Assembly: GCF_037042905.1 (NCBI RefSeq)
Contig: NC_087258.1
Span: 17,732,001-17,796,000, forward strand
From: Lytechinus pictus
Lineage: Eukaryota
Direction: 5' to 3'
Length of the DNA: 64,000 bases
The position numbers and the translations under genes were made by a program. The notes below the pieces were generated by a model. The model did no database searches. It had not been told where the DNA came from and saw only the letters and a program-made list of their open reading frames with translations. This document shows, one piece after another, positions 1-12,021 of this stretch. Numbering within the stretch: position 1 is the stretch's first letter; the number at the start of each line of letters is the position of its first letter.

Positions 1-93
1 CGATCCCTGACCGTGCTCTTACCAATGGTAATTATCAAGGTGCTTGTGGTTGCACCTGTTAATCGGAATCGGTCCAAGTTCGGAGCTTCTAAC

Positions 94-172
94 TAACCCA
101 TTGACTACTGATTTCCGTAATCCCCATAGACTTTGTACAGGAATCACCTGGTTCCAGTAGATTAAGGGTTAA
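94..172. mobile_element. Tiny piggyBac-like MITE (taaccc...gggttaa); relatives near 34470-34549, 44262-44340, 63899-63978
   Basis: Imperfect TIR aacccattgactactg / cagtagattaagggtt, TTAA-like flanks, four similar copies in the window. Confidence 0.5.
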
Positions 173-949
173 AGATAAACAGAATGATTTGTGCATAAAC
201 CTGTGATAGATATTTGTTTAATATTATTTGAATTCAATCTTGTTAAAGAAATATGAACTATATGTTACTAATTTCTCGATAGAAAAAAATATTTTTTTAT
301 ACAGTAAGGTGTCATAAAAGATTACTAACAAAAAGAAAATATACCAAGAAAATTGTCTTGTCAACTTTGTATTGGACACAATATATATATATATATATAT
401 ATGGTTTAAACAATCTGTTGCTTTGAGGACCCTCACTCAATCACAGAAAGTTCCATTGTTTGATATGTTGAAACTTTTTTAATAGTGCATTGGCACTTTT
501 TCTGGCTGTGCTGTAAATGAAACTCAAAGACAAGGCCATCCGTCCCTAGATGTAATATAATCCCGTTCTAGTAAAAGCTTTTAAACTCATGTTGTTTAAG
601 AATGAATGCAGAAGATTGTGCATTCAGAGACATAAGGCCATTAGTTATATCACTATATGAAGAGTAACTGCCTTCTTGCTGCAATCCGCCGAGATACCCA
701 CTAATGACATGGTATTGTGAGCCGGGGAAAAGGGGGACTTTGAAATAGGATGGGCTTTAAGACTATTGGAATTAAATTGAATTTAGCTGTTCATCTTTAG
801 ATTAAATGTTCAGTCTTTAGGGCTTTTCAGTATACTACTATCTCATCATTTCTCATTTCAATGAGACACTCCACTTTATATGAGTAATGTATTTCTTTCT
901 TGATGTACATTAAATTACTTTTCAAATCTCCATTTGCAATCATCATGGT

Positions 950-1490
950 TGTTGAGCTGCGTATTATTCATTACAAGTATGTACAGTATCATAGCTTATT
1001 CCATTTCCTTGTAAGTCCGTGTTCCAGGAGACTCACAATGATAAACCATGGATCAACAAACTTTGAAAGGAAATCTGGCTTTATCTTTGTGTGCTTAAAG
1101 ATAAATACCAGTTGTGGTAATGATCTCAAAATGAGTTTAACAGAATCCAATGAAATTAACACCAATGTGTTTGTCTGTATAAATAAAAGATATGTGCCAA
1201 ATGACTCTGGAAGAAAATGCGTAATAGCTGAGAAAATAGCAAAAGAAGCACAGAATTCCATCAAATGTCTGGTATTTTTCGAAACAATATTTATACACTG
1301 TCCCACATATGCTTTTCCGTGCTAGTGATCATCAGAATTATCGATTTTGAGCTAAGATATCAAGATTTTACAAAGATAAGTCTACATTAATTTACCAGAT
1401 CTAGATGTATGATAATATTTTGACTATTATTAACCTTGATTTAAAAGACTTTCTCATGAAATAATTGTTTGCTGCAACTACTGCCTTTAA
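950..1490. mobile_element. Kolobok-type non-autonomous DNA transposon fragment (one end); related decayed piece at about 24250-24540
   Basis: Ends gcaactactgcct-TTAA; internal segment (aaaagatatgtgccaaatgactctggaagaaaat) resembles 24360-24400. Confidence 0.45.
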
Positions 1491-2719
1491 CCTATGTTAA
1501 GTCCTCATGCTTTTTTATTATGTTGTCAATTTGCAAATGTTATCATGCTTATATTGCAGTTGTGTTGTAGAAAGGCCGATAGGTATTTAAAAACAATTGA
1601 GTGGAGATGTGGGGTCACCAGATTTCTTCGATAAGATCATTCATGTTTTGATGTAATTCTGCTCTGAAAAGGAAAATGGAATATTGAGGTTAAGATCCTC
1701 TGTGCATCTTCCATTGGCTTCGAGATGGTGATACGATGCTCTCTCGGTAGAAAAAAGGCTGATCAATCTACCCTCTAATCTATTTTAAGCCATAAATTCA
1801 AAGAGGTGTAGACAGGATCACATGACAAAAGTCAGCTATGTAACCCGAGTTTGGCGCTTTCTTCGGTTGCCCTGCGTTTAGCGGGAGAAGCAGAAAAACA
1901 GCAACAAAATGCCATGTGTTTTTTCCCCCCTCTGGGTCGTGATGTTATGGTGGAAAAATCTGTTCGCTATTTGGGACACAGACCGTAAGAGAGAGTGCAA
2001 ATAGAGCGAGGATCGTCAACCTCTTTCCACTGTCCTGCATTGGTAAGATATGCATCCATGGCTTTGCAAACAGTGAAATGTACTTTTGTAAATTCCAGGT
2101 CCTACATATCGTCTGATGAGAGCCAAATAGGACTGTAGGGTTTTTTAAAAAGTGTTTGGGTGAGTGATCTTCGAGCACCCATCGTAGAACGTAGTTTTAA
2201 CCACAGGTGAAAAAGAAAAGAAAAAGGGACAGATTGATGGGATTGCAGTGTCAGAGAACTTTATTTTGTTGCTACCTGGTCTCTATTTCAAACCTTTCAA
2301 CCATACTGAAATTAGAGAAAAGAATCTGAATTTTTACGATTCACAAAGTCTTGTTTTAGAATTGATAGGATATTCATTTTTTAACCCTGTACTCCTATGA
2401 AAAATTGATTTTTTTTTCTGTTTCGTAGCAAAATCATCCTTATTTTTAATCAAAGGTTGGGAGGTCTGCTCTTTCCCCTTTTATCTCTGCTTATTTTTGT
2501 TTTGTTCTCTCTCTCTTGCTTCACTTTGTTTTGTAATAAAAAGATTAGGAATGAGTAAGAGATTAAGGATGGTGTGAGTCTAACAAGATTATTTTTTAAT
2601 AATTAAAACAAATAATGATAGTTTCAGATTTATACAATCAATGAATAAATTATGAATAGAATGCATCTTTGCCTTTGCTTGACAGCTTCCTCTGTAGTAC
2701 ATTAAACTCCCACAATATT

Positions 2720-2915
2720 CACTCTAAATTCCAAGGATTTGAGATATAAGATTTAGTTTTAAACCTTGTAGATTTAAATATAAATCTAAAAGATTTGAAT
2801 TTAAATGTTTTTAAAATTGAAAGTTAATCCTAAAGATTTAAAATAAATCCAACATTTGGCTGGTCACTATCCACAGCCGATTTGGATTTATTTTAAATCC
2901 ATGGAATTTAGAGTG
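2720..2915. mobile_element. CACT-terminus (EnSpm/CACTA-like) MITE
   Basis: TIR cactctaaattcca(a/t)ggattt ... aaatccatggaatttagagtg; second copy starts at 14063. Confidence 0.7.
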
Positions 2916-3064
2916 TATCATTTTACATGTGAGTGATCATGAGCATCGCCATGCAGACAGATTTTGAAAAGCAGAATCTGCCATCAAAAAGGAGTACAGT
3001 TAAGCTAAAACAGCAAGATGTAAAAAAGAGAAGAAATTACTTAAGGTTAATAATACTGTTTTAA

Positions 3065-3225
3065 ATCTCGGTCACATTTTTTCTACGGCGGCGGTACGGC
3101 GAGTCGAAAACAGCCGTTTTAACATTTTTTGTACCAGCTAAATATAGGTGGTTTGAATAAAAATGAATAAAACGGCTGTTTTCGACTCACCGTACGGCCG
3201 CCGGAGAGCAAATGTGACTGAGGTA
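3065..3225. mobile_element. Palindromic ~160-bp MITE family A (Harbinger-like), copy 1
   Basis: About 50-bp TIR ctcggtcacattt..ctacggcggc.gtacggcgagtcgaaaacagccg; copies at 16933, 37673, 40460. Confidence 0.85.
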
Positions 3226-5260
3226 TTTTAGTTGACTTTCCATTCATCTTGGGGTTTTGAGAAATTAAACTATCAACATAATGAAAGGTATTCATGTACA
3301 TTTTAAATTTGAAATAAACACATGTGGACTGTGATAACCAGTCTCAACTCTTTTACTTAATTTTTTTAATAATTTCAATCACAAGTGATTTAGATTCAAT
3401 TATTTAAGATTTAAATCTCAATTCAAATTTTAACTAGTCAACAACCACTACCTATGTAGGATTAAGATTGTACTAAGAAATGTCATAAGAAATGCACTGA
3501 AATCCAAATGTAATTTAACAATGATTTGTCATGTACACTAAACAGTATGTATGTCAGTTCATTGGCCACGTCCCAATTTAAAAAGGAGAAGAAATATATG
3601 CCTGAAGTTAAAGTACAGTGTATATAGCAACCCGTCAAGTGCGTTGTTTGTTTCCAAGTCTATTGAGGGTCTTAATACAGACAGATGAAGAGTACATGCT
3701 TACGCTGCAGGGAATTATGGGAATGGAGAAGCTGAGACTATGTCAGCTATTTTTTTTTCAGTTTTATTCTCTCAAATTTTCATGCTCCTAGCCCTTTAGA
3801 GTTGAGCAAATAAATGGCATCACTGTGTTCTTGAAATATTCTACCCCCTCACATTTAAGGAAAATTTATGCATTTGACTTAAACTAAAATGAGAGAAATC
3901 AAATTATCTCATTAATGTCCTCACTTTAAGGAAAAAACAACAACAAAACTTTTAGGAATCTCATGGTATCGGTAATCTTGAGTCTTGAAGAATTCCACAT
4001 TCTAAGATTGATTACAAATTAATTGTGTAGCTGTTGATTGTTGAGATTAAAAAAAAAGCCTACCCAAAATAAAACAGTTACCAGTGAGTCTATACCTGCT
4101 GGTTTTACTTATCTTTTTTTTTTCCTTCAAATTAACATGCACAGAAAATAGCATAGATTATTATTTTCAGTCTAAATACAAAACTAGTTGAAATTATGTG
4201 GTCGAGAGTCGGCTGGGTGCAACTGTTATATGAAAAGTCATATAACCTGTATTCTAGTCAGAAATTACTACTCTATAGTCAAAATGACTATACAAATGAT
4301 AAGTTGCAACCAGCTATAACAACCATCTCCTCTAGACAGTTTCAGAGTTTATGAGTAGCTGAATCCATATGTAGAGTTTATTTGGGGATGAGAGATGTAT
4401 GATTTTCTTATCATTTCAGGAAGATAGAAAAGTTGATTTCTAATATGTTCTTTTATATTTTGTTTGTGCTATTAATGTATTTGCTTATTTAGGAAAACAT
4501 ACATAGTGTTATAAACTTAATTGACCATGACAGGGCTGAAAATGTAATATTAAATTCACAATGTGATTCACAATGAAGGTAATTAAAATACAATTAAATT
4601 GCACCCTCTCTTGCAAAATACACCTCATAATTTTGAATTCAAGTTTCTTCCACAAAGTTGATACTATTTCTGAAGGTTATTTTTCTTTCATGTTTATAGG
4701 CAGACTTCTGTTTATGAAATATCTATAGATATTAACCCATAATCCGTGACGATGGTGTCTTATTAAACAACTAACAGGTATTATGTGAACAGCTACTTTA
4801 ATCGGACTAAAATGAAGACAATCACATGACAAGGAAATAGGAACAAACTGTCTTCAAATTGGCACCCAAAAGACCATTTCCTTGCTCGGAGCTGAAACTC
4901 TGCACTCCATCCAGTCTCATTTCCTTCTTCTTTGAGGGCTATACGGATAGATAGGACGCCACAGCAAGGTTTGGGAATTAGATTTGGTTGGCGATAGCGA
5001 CAAATGAGGGAAAGTGGAGAGGAAGAAATTAGATTAGTCAAAAAGCAGTTGTCAAAAGGGGAGATAAACATCTGAGATTGAGGTGAATGTCTCTGAAAGG
5101 GAAGGAGCTAGGGAGATAGTTTGGTAATGGTTCGTGGGACATTTGATTTGGAGAGGTGTTTTTTTAAAAAGAATGTTAAAAGGTTTTTTTTTTAAGCATT
5201 TATTTCTAATGGGTGAGGTGGCAGGGTCTGCCTTTAAAATGGAGGGGGTGTGTGTGTGTG

Positions 5261-5412
5261 CACTGTAAAAACTGTGGTGTTAAAACTGACACCAGTTGGT
5301 GTTAATAGAGGACCACACCCTGAGGTGTTAAAACTACACCCTAGAGATTGAACATAACACCAAAGAGTGTAAATGTAACAATCAAAGGTGCTATACCAGA
5401 GTTTTTGCTGTG
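5261..5412. mobile_element. CACTG-terminus MITE inserted in a (TG)n tract
   Basis: cactgtaaaaactgtggt ... accagagtttttgctgtg with internal ggtgtt/aacacc subrepeats. Confidence 0.6.
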
Positions 5413-5822
5413 TGTGTGGGGGGGGGGGGTCAGTGCAGTATTATCCCTTCCAGTATGCAATGACCCTCAATGAATTAAGCAGCTACGCATGATTATTATT
5501 ATTTTTTTTCTATAGTTATTCAGTGCCAAATACCTGGCCAGGGGTGCTGGGGTGATGGGGATGGGGGAGAGAGGTTATTTGCCCTGTTTCTTAAATATGT
5601 GCATATTAATTTCTCCTTTTTTTTATTGATGGATGTTTTTATCCCCTTCTACCAGTATGGTGGTCCCTCAGATTATATCACACAAGCTCAGAATCCTACT
5701 TGTAAATTGTTTTAAAAAATCCTTTTAAAGAATAAACCTTTTTTTTTTTTACCATACTATGATGTATATATTAGTTGTTTTTTTAATAGAGAAATTCACA
5801 TTAGACAAACATTTCATTCACA

Positions 5823-6230
5823 GGGGAGCCTTTCATGAAACACATAGGCAATGATTTCCACTGATTATAGTTATAATAGTATTATACACTTCATTTATAT
5901 AGCGCCTTTTCATTAAATACAAAGCGCATTAAAGAAAGAAAGAACAGAAACACAAATAGGGAGTATGAAACCTAAGAATAATAACTACAAAATTATGAAC
6001 ATTATAAGCAAACCATACAGAAAAATCTAAATAGGTAAGTTTTTAGACATTTTTTAAATGAGGAAAGTGTTGGGGAAGTCTTTAGTGAAGGCAGCAAGGA
6101 GTTCCATGTTTTAGGGGCAAGGGTAGAAAAGGCCCTATCACCTATTTGTTATAAAGCTACCAAATCCTTACATCTGATTGGCACACAGAAAATTTGTTTG
6201 TGAAAATCACTATTCGTTTCATGAAACACT
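5823..6230. mobile_element. MITE family D (ggggagc.tttcatgaaa TIR) interrupted by an L2 fragment
   Basis: The two halves match the intact copy at 8673-8810 (ttataagctac..aaatcctt.catctgattgg). Confidence 0.7.
5877..6147 (-). mobile_element. 5'-truncated L2-clade LINE (ORF2 C-terminus plus 3' UTR)
   Basis: Minus strand encodes GDRAFSTLAPKTWNSLLPSLKTSPTLSSFKKCLKTYLFR, matching the L2 ORF2 tail motif; 3' end ...gcgctatataaatg; GTTATAA duplicated at 5870-5876 and 6148-6154. Confidence 0.85.
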
Positions 6231-6283
6231 GACTAGTTAGAAAAACCAGGAAATTTTGATAATGTGTTCCTGTGTTTACATTA

Positions 6284-6758
6284 GGTGGTTTCAGACCGCC
6301 TCAAAGTTCGTCAGTTCCAGGTATTCTCTGATCGGGAAATTTACCCCGATCAGAAAATACCAGGTATTTTGGTAATGTGAAAGCAAACTACGCGTAATTT
6401 CCCAGAAAGAAAATACCCGCTAAATAGTAGGTACTTGGCGAAATTACGAGAACTTTCGCGGGGATTTTTCCAAGGTCGCAGGTATTTTGGCAATGTGAAA
6501 GCAATTAACGGGAACTTTTAGCCCAGCGTGTCGTTGGGCGCGGGAGCCGTGGGTGGCTGCTGGGCTAGTGATTTTGAATCTCGCGCCTTGCTTGCTTATA
6601 CACACCATACTGCGCATGCTCGTAACTTCAGGAACTTATCCCGAAGGGTATGTTTGGGGGCGGTTTGAATGCAGGAATAATTAATGGGTATTTTTTAGCC
6701 TTAAAAAGTTCTCGTAATTTAACGGGGATTCTTATGATCGAGGCGGTTTGAAACCACC
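6284..6758. mobile_element. MITE family B (~475 bp), copy 1
   Basis: TIR ggtggtttca.accgcctc; near-identical inverted copy at 19391-19863. Confidence 0.9.
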
Positions 6759-6952
6759 TATTTTGTCTGGTTTATAGTTCTATATACATCTACGGACAAT
6801 TGATAAAGTTCAATACAGATTTGTCAGAGATTACTATTCAGCTCAATTTATTACAAAATAGATTATTCAGATAAGATCTTGAATCGCATCTTGAAGCCAA
6901 ATTACGAAAGCTTTGACGATAGAATACATTTAAATCAATAGGACATAATGTA

Positions 6953-7248
6953 TGGAGCGTTGTGGCCCAGTGGATTAGACTTCGAACTTTGAAGCAGAGG
7001 GTCGTGGGTTCAAATCCCAGCCATGGCGTAGTTTCCTTCAGCAAGAAATTTATCCACATTGTGCTGCACTCGACCCAGGTGAGGTAAATGGCTACCTGGT
7101 AGGAATTCATTCAATAAATTCCATGAATGCGTGTGCACTGTGAATAATTACGACCGCCAAGCTAAAGCCGGGGTAATGATATCTAAGTCCTTTGGAAGCG
7201 CATATAGAGATGTTATAATCATAATGTGATATGCTCTATACAAGAACT
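6953..7248 (+). mobile_element. tRNA-derived SINE with an L2-like tail
   Basis: A box tggcccagtgg, B box ggttcaaatccc, body tgtgctgcactcgacccaggtg shared with two other copies. Confidence 0.9.
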
Positions 7249-7689
7249 TTTAACATAGCTAGTGTAAAACATATCAAAATATAATTGATACAATATGATG
7301 ACAATAATTACAAAGCATAAGATAAACAAAATCATCACAGAGCATAATATAAACAATACAACAAGATATCAGTAAGAATAATCACTTAACAAAACATTAA
7401 AAAATCAGCTTAAACATTAAAAGTTAAACGTTTGAGAAATCATTTATGAGTCAAAAGTTAAATTGTGAAAAATGATAAGAAATATTGCTGTCACAAAATT
7501 GACATTTAGATAGGAAGACAATTGTCATTTTAAGATTCATGAGTAGTTACAAAAGAAGTACAATTTTAAACATGTTGTTAAATGTAGGTTATAGTAGTAG
7601 TAAATTTGTCCTCGGTTTAGAATCAAAATCACATATTCAGCAATCATAATTGTAACCCTATATTCAGAAAGCTATGACCAGAGCCCTTC

Positions 7690-8010
7690 AAATGTGTTGC
7701 TGTACACACCCGTGGCCAAATCATTTCCAATCATCTCCTAAACAAGTTTTTCTTTGTGTGCAAAATAACCCCCTAAACAAGTTTTTTTCAGCCTTTATTT
7801 ACACGTTTTGGCCCCTAAACAAGAAAACATACCCTAATATGTTTGACCCTGCGATTGACCATTGACCAGTCTTTCAAAACTAACCCTTTTTTTTGTAAAT
7901 CAGTGTTTTTGATACCCTTAACGAGTGCATGCACAGCCCGCGTCCAAATCTGAAAAAACACCCCTTAGAATGCGTTTCTTGGGTCATGCGTGTGTACAGC
8001 AATATATTTG
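7690..8010. mobile_element. Non-autonomous DNA element with subterminal inverted repeats
   Basis: tgttgctgtacacac ... gtgtgtacagcaata with internal ccctaaacaag repeats. Confidence 0.5.
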
Positions 8011-8370
8011 ACAAGTGGGACCTCACAGCTCAGATTTGTTAAAGTCAAATCAATGTCTATAATTTCATGGCCTCCATGGCTTGCTTCTTCCTGCATGTTA
8101 CACATGTAGCCTTATTCTGCACTAAATTTATACAAATCCACAAATTCTAAAGGGTTTTCCATTAAAAAAAGAGCTACAAAAGTCAAAAGTTATTTTTTGG
8201 AAAGACAAGAGACAGAATGGTGACAACAAAGGAGACGTTTTATGACCTGACTCATTGAAGTCTCCCCTGTCTTATCTTAGTATGATCTGAAAATATTTAC
8301 CTCGACCTAATTAAAGATGTTTTAAGATGCATCTGAACTGTCATTCTTGTAAAGCTTTGTGGTATTTGGG

Positions 8371-8536
8371 TAGTCTGCGGGCACAGACCTTGATTGAAAC
8401 TTTGATCAGCAACAGCAAGTGTGTCTCCACGCAAAGACTAGCACATACAAAACTTGCTGTTCAATCCTGAGCAAGAGAGCCTTCAGTACACAAGGCATGA
8501 GTAGGCTGCACATTCAGACCCTTAACTAGCAGACTA
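8371..8536. mobile_element. TAGTCTGC-terminus MITE (MULE-like), copy 1
   Basis: TIR tagtctgc/gcagacta; flanks gtatttggg / gtatttgga (9 bp, 1 mismatch); inverted copy at 53168-53316. Confidence 0.75.
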
Positions 8537-8672
8537 GTATTTGGATGCTTGTGATGTGGTTTCAATGACTGTTGTGCCAATATTTAAAGAATGACCAGTT
8601 GTCAAAATGATCACTTCTCTGAATTCTCTTGCCCTCCCCCATATTGATGAGTGTAATAAGTGGCATATCATT

Positions 8673-8810
8673 TGAGTGTTTCATGAAGCAAATATTCAGT
8701 GATTTCATTGGCTATTGTTATAAGCTACTGAAAATCCTTGCATCTGATTGGCTGAGAGCAAATTAGTCACTGAGAATCACAAATAAATTTTTTTCATGAA
8801 ATGCCCCCCC
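8673..8810. mobile_element. MITE family D copy
   Basis: gagtgtttcatgaa ... ttcatgaaatgccccc termini, core cttgcatctgattggctgag. Confidence 0.65.
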
Positions 8811-8977
8811 CCCATGCATTCGAATTTCATTTTATGAATTGTTGAAAATGTTTGATAATTAATCCTACAATGTTTTTTCTTTTTTTTAAAGATTAGTGCT
8901 GAGTGGTGAATACATTTGTAGGTCATATTTTTTATTATAACTTATGAATACAGAAAATTATTTTTGTAAAACACAAT

Positions 8978-9273
8978 GACCAGTATGCTGAAGTCCAGTT
9001 AAACTTAGGCCATGGTCCAACTCTGTGTTAAGATTATGGGAAGCCAAAAATGTCAAAATTATGTTTACATTATTATTTCCTATCTTTACTTAGCTCTGTC
9101 CTCGTGTTTTAATGATGAAGGAGACTTTTTCAATAATTATTCCAAGTCGGTTATGAATGATTTGAGTGTCATTATTGAGCTAATAAATTGAACTCATAGT
9201 GTTAGACTTCAAGATAAGTAGTTACATGTAAACCACAACTTTAGATCAGAGTTTCAATTAAGAATATGGGTCA
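8978..9273. mobile_element. Decayed copy of the Harbinger-like MITE at 14078-14366
   Basis: Shared termini (gtat.ctgaagtc ... agaatatggg) and taaaccacaacttta. Confidence 0.6.
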
Positions 9274-9702
9274 TATAATTAGAGATTAATTTTATATCAA
9301 AAATATTTTGATTTCTCTCATGCAGTGTTGTGAATGCACACCTTTTTATACCTGTGTCCTTTGCTAGTCATGTACCACTTGAGCAAATACAGGAGGTTAT
9401 ATCAACAGCCCCCTCTTTTGTCAAATGCTAGGTATAAGGATTGCAACTGATCAAATAGTTCAATGTTACAATGTTGAATGGTGAATATTAGTTGCAATTT
9501 ATTGTCACTGTGTGTATATTATAAGAGTAACTTTGAATTATTCATCAGGATGATGTGATTGTAAAGCAGTTTTTTTGTTTGTAGAAGCTGCAACTCTGAA
9601 GTTGATTTTTCAAAAATTTTATACTGCAAATGATTTTCAAACTTGTGTACTTGGAAGAAAAGAAACATCCTGTGGAAAGATATTATATCAAGGTACAGTT
9701 AA

Positions 9703-10289
9703 AGGACAAGTCCACCCCAACAAAAAGTTGATATGAATATTAAGAAAAAAATCCAACAAGCATAACACTGAAAATTTCATCAAAATCGGATGTAAAACAA
9801 GGAAGTTATGACATTTAAAAGTTTCGCTTAATTTCACAAAACAGTTATATGCACATCCTGGTCGTTATGCAAATGAGGAGACTGATGACGTCATCCACTC
9901 ACAATTTCTTGTGTCTTTTATTATATGAAATATTCTAATTTTCTCATCATTGTCAAATGAAACAACGATTAATTCCCCCCTGAACATGTGTAATTAGCAT
10001 TGTATAATACTCTATGGTTCAGTCAAGTTGGTTCTAATTGTCAAATCTGTAAAAAATAAAATATTGTTTAATTAAAACAATAAAAAACTAAAGAAATAGT
10101 GAGTGAGGGACATCATCATTTGCATGTCACTGAGTTGTACTTATCACTATTTTGTGAAAAATAAGCGAAAGTTTAAAATGTCATAACTTTCTGATTTTAC
10201 AACCGATTTTGATGAATATTTCAGCATTATGCTAGTTTGATTTTTCTCTATTAATTCAAATCAACATTTTTCAGGAGTAGACTTTACCT
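9703..10289. mobile_element. Kolobok-type MITE (~590 bp)
   Basis: TTAA on both sides, AG..CT termini, long subterminal IR (ctgaaaatttcatcaaaatcggatgtaaaa); inverted sibling at 24545-25129. Confidence 0.85.
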
Positions 10290-10423
10290 TTAATCTGAAA
10301 CCCACAGACATGTGTCAGCTTATTGTCAAACTGATGGGGTTTTATTTGATCTGCATGTACTATTACTAGCTGGCTGAAGAAGAATAAACGGGGATGTGTT
10401 CTTGAAAAGTGTTGATATCCCAT

Positions 10424-10530
10424 ATCCCATCCCCCACCCCACCACTCTCCCCCACCCCTCTCCCCCACCCCACCACTCTCCCCTCCCCACTACTCTCCCC
10501 CACCCCACCCCACCACCTCCCCCTCTCCCC
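10424..10530. repeat. C-rich minisatellite (ccccaccccaccactctc-like units)
   Basis: Direct reading; G-run-rich minus strand. Confidence 0.8.
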
Positions 10531-10768
10531 AATCATGCATGTTTAAGAAGAATTACCCACTTTCATGAAATGTTGATATATTTTAATATTAAATAAATGT
10601 ATTTTTCATTCCATTTCATATATTGAAACAGTGGTTTTACAGATTTGTAACATACATGACAATGAATCAGAATGTGACCATATTCACCTGAAATAATTTT
10701 GATCCCCAGAAAGTTTTCATCGTAATGAAATAAAATTCTTGTGATCTTTCCATTGCCAGTATCCGAAA

Positions 10769-11187
10769 GGGAATTGCCAATTCGTCCACTGCCAACTCGT
10801 CCACTCACCACATGGTCTACCTTCATTTAGTCTAATGCCATTCAGTCCATCAACACTTTGTCTGACAACCATTTGGTCCAATAACCATTTGGTCCAATCA
10901 TCACTTCGTCTAATCACCATTTTGTCTATTACCATTTCATCTAATAACCAGTTGGTCTAATACCCATTTTCTTTTTATTCATTTTGCTCAATTAACACTT
11001 TAATTCAATTAGACCAAATGGTATATGGACTAAATGGCTATTAGACCAACTGGTTATGAGACAAAATGGCATTAGACTAAATGAAAGTAGACCATGTGGT
11101 GAGTAGATGAACTGATGGTAGACCAAATGATAGTAGACGAGTTGGCAATTGGACAAATAGGCATTAGACCAATTGGAAATAATACCT
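10769..11187. mobile_element. Foldback-type element built of ~16-bp ggtc(c/t)aa subrepeats in inverted halves
   Basis: Left arm ccaactcgtccact..catggtctac..tttagtctaatgcc mirrors the right arm ggcattagactaaa..gtagaccatg..gacgagttgg. Confidence 0.75.
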
Positions 11188-11579
11188 CTGAAAAATCACC
11201 ATTTAGGGGTGAAATTTATTTTGTTTTCATCTCAAATATGAAATCTATGTAAAAAATTGAAGTTTAATTTGTTTAAACAACTTGTTTAAAAGTGTAAACA
11301 ACAGTTGTGCTTGCAATTTTAAACCACATTTTACAGCATAAGTTGATATAGTTGCAATGATTGTTGCAATTACTTTTGTCATCTTTGTCTTTTTCCCACT
11401 TTTGCTGCTATCAGGAGTTTGGTTGTAATTTTCTCATAAAAAGGTAAATCTTGAATTTTCTCTGTTGATTACTACTGTTACTGTGACTGAGTGAAATTAT
11501 TTTATCTTCATATCTGCTCTGTAGTGTGAGTTTTTTTTTTTCAAGGCTTGAACTGCCACACCAAATTCCCTAGGAATAT

Positions 11580-12021
11580 TTTTTTTAAAGCTTTTTTTTA
11601 TTTCCCTCCGATAGGGCATATATTTGCATAAACATTTTAACAATGATATAAATGACATAACATATCATATACACATAGCATAATTTTGTACAAAGTATAG
11701 GCCTACAGGGCGTTTCAAGCAAAAGGCAACCGATACTAGAGTGGCCATGTCCTACACCCATCCGTTCCGCCGCCGACACTTGCAGCAGCAAAGAACAAGT
11801 GAGCACCGAACAAGGCCACTCCAACAATAATTGATCACCTCTCACCCAAAACACACTGCACATTCATCATGAAAATATGTTTACATTAAACAGAAATACA
11901 TATAGAGGTCCGGAAATCTTATTACAAAATGACAAGAATTCTTTCGAAATTTACCAATTTTTTATCAAATTTATGTGTTTTGTTTTCCATAATACTGATT
12001 TGCCTCTCATTTTTGTTTTTG
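11580..12021 (-). mobile_element. Probable retrotransposed insertion (LINE 3' UTR-like) with 14-bp target duplication
   Basis: ttccctaggaatat at 11566-11579 and 12022-12035; T-rich left end containing tttatt (AATAAA plus poly-A on the minus strand). Confidence 0.5.

Noticed and set aside
900-1325. Overlapping 141-aa and 105-aa ORFs
   Set aside because: Lie within a non-autonomous transposon fragment; no recognisable domain
6953-7025. tRNA-Gln gene
   Set aside because: Continues into a SINE body present in three copies
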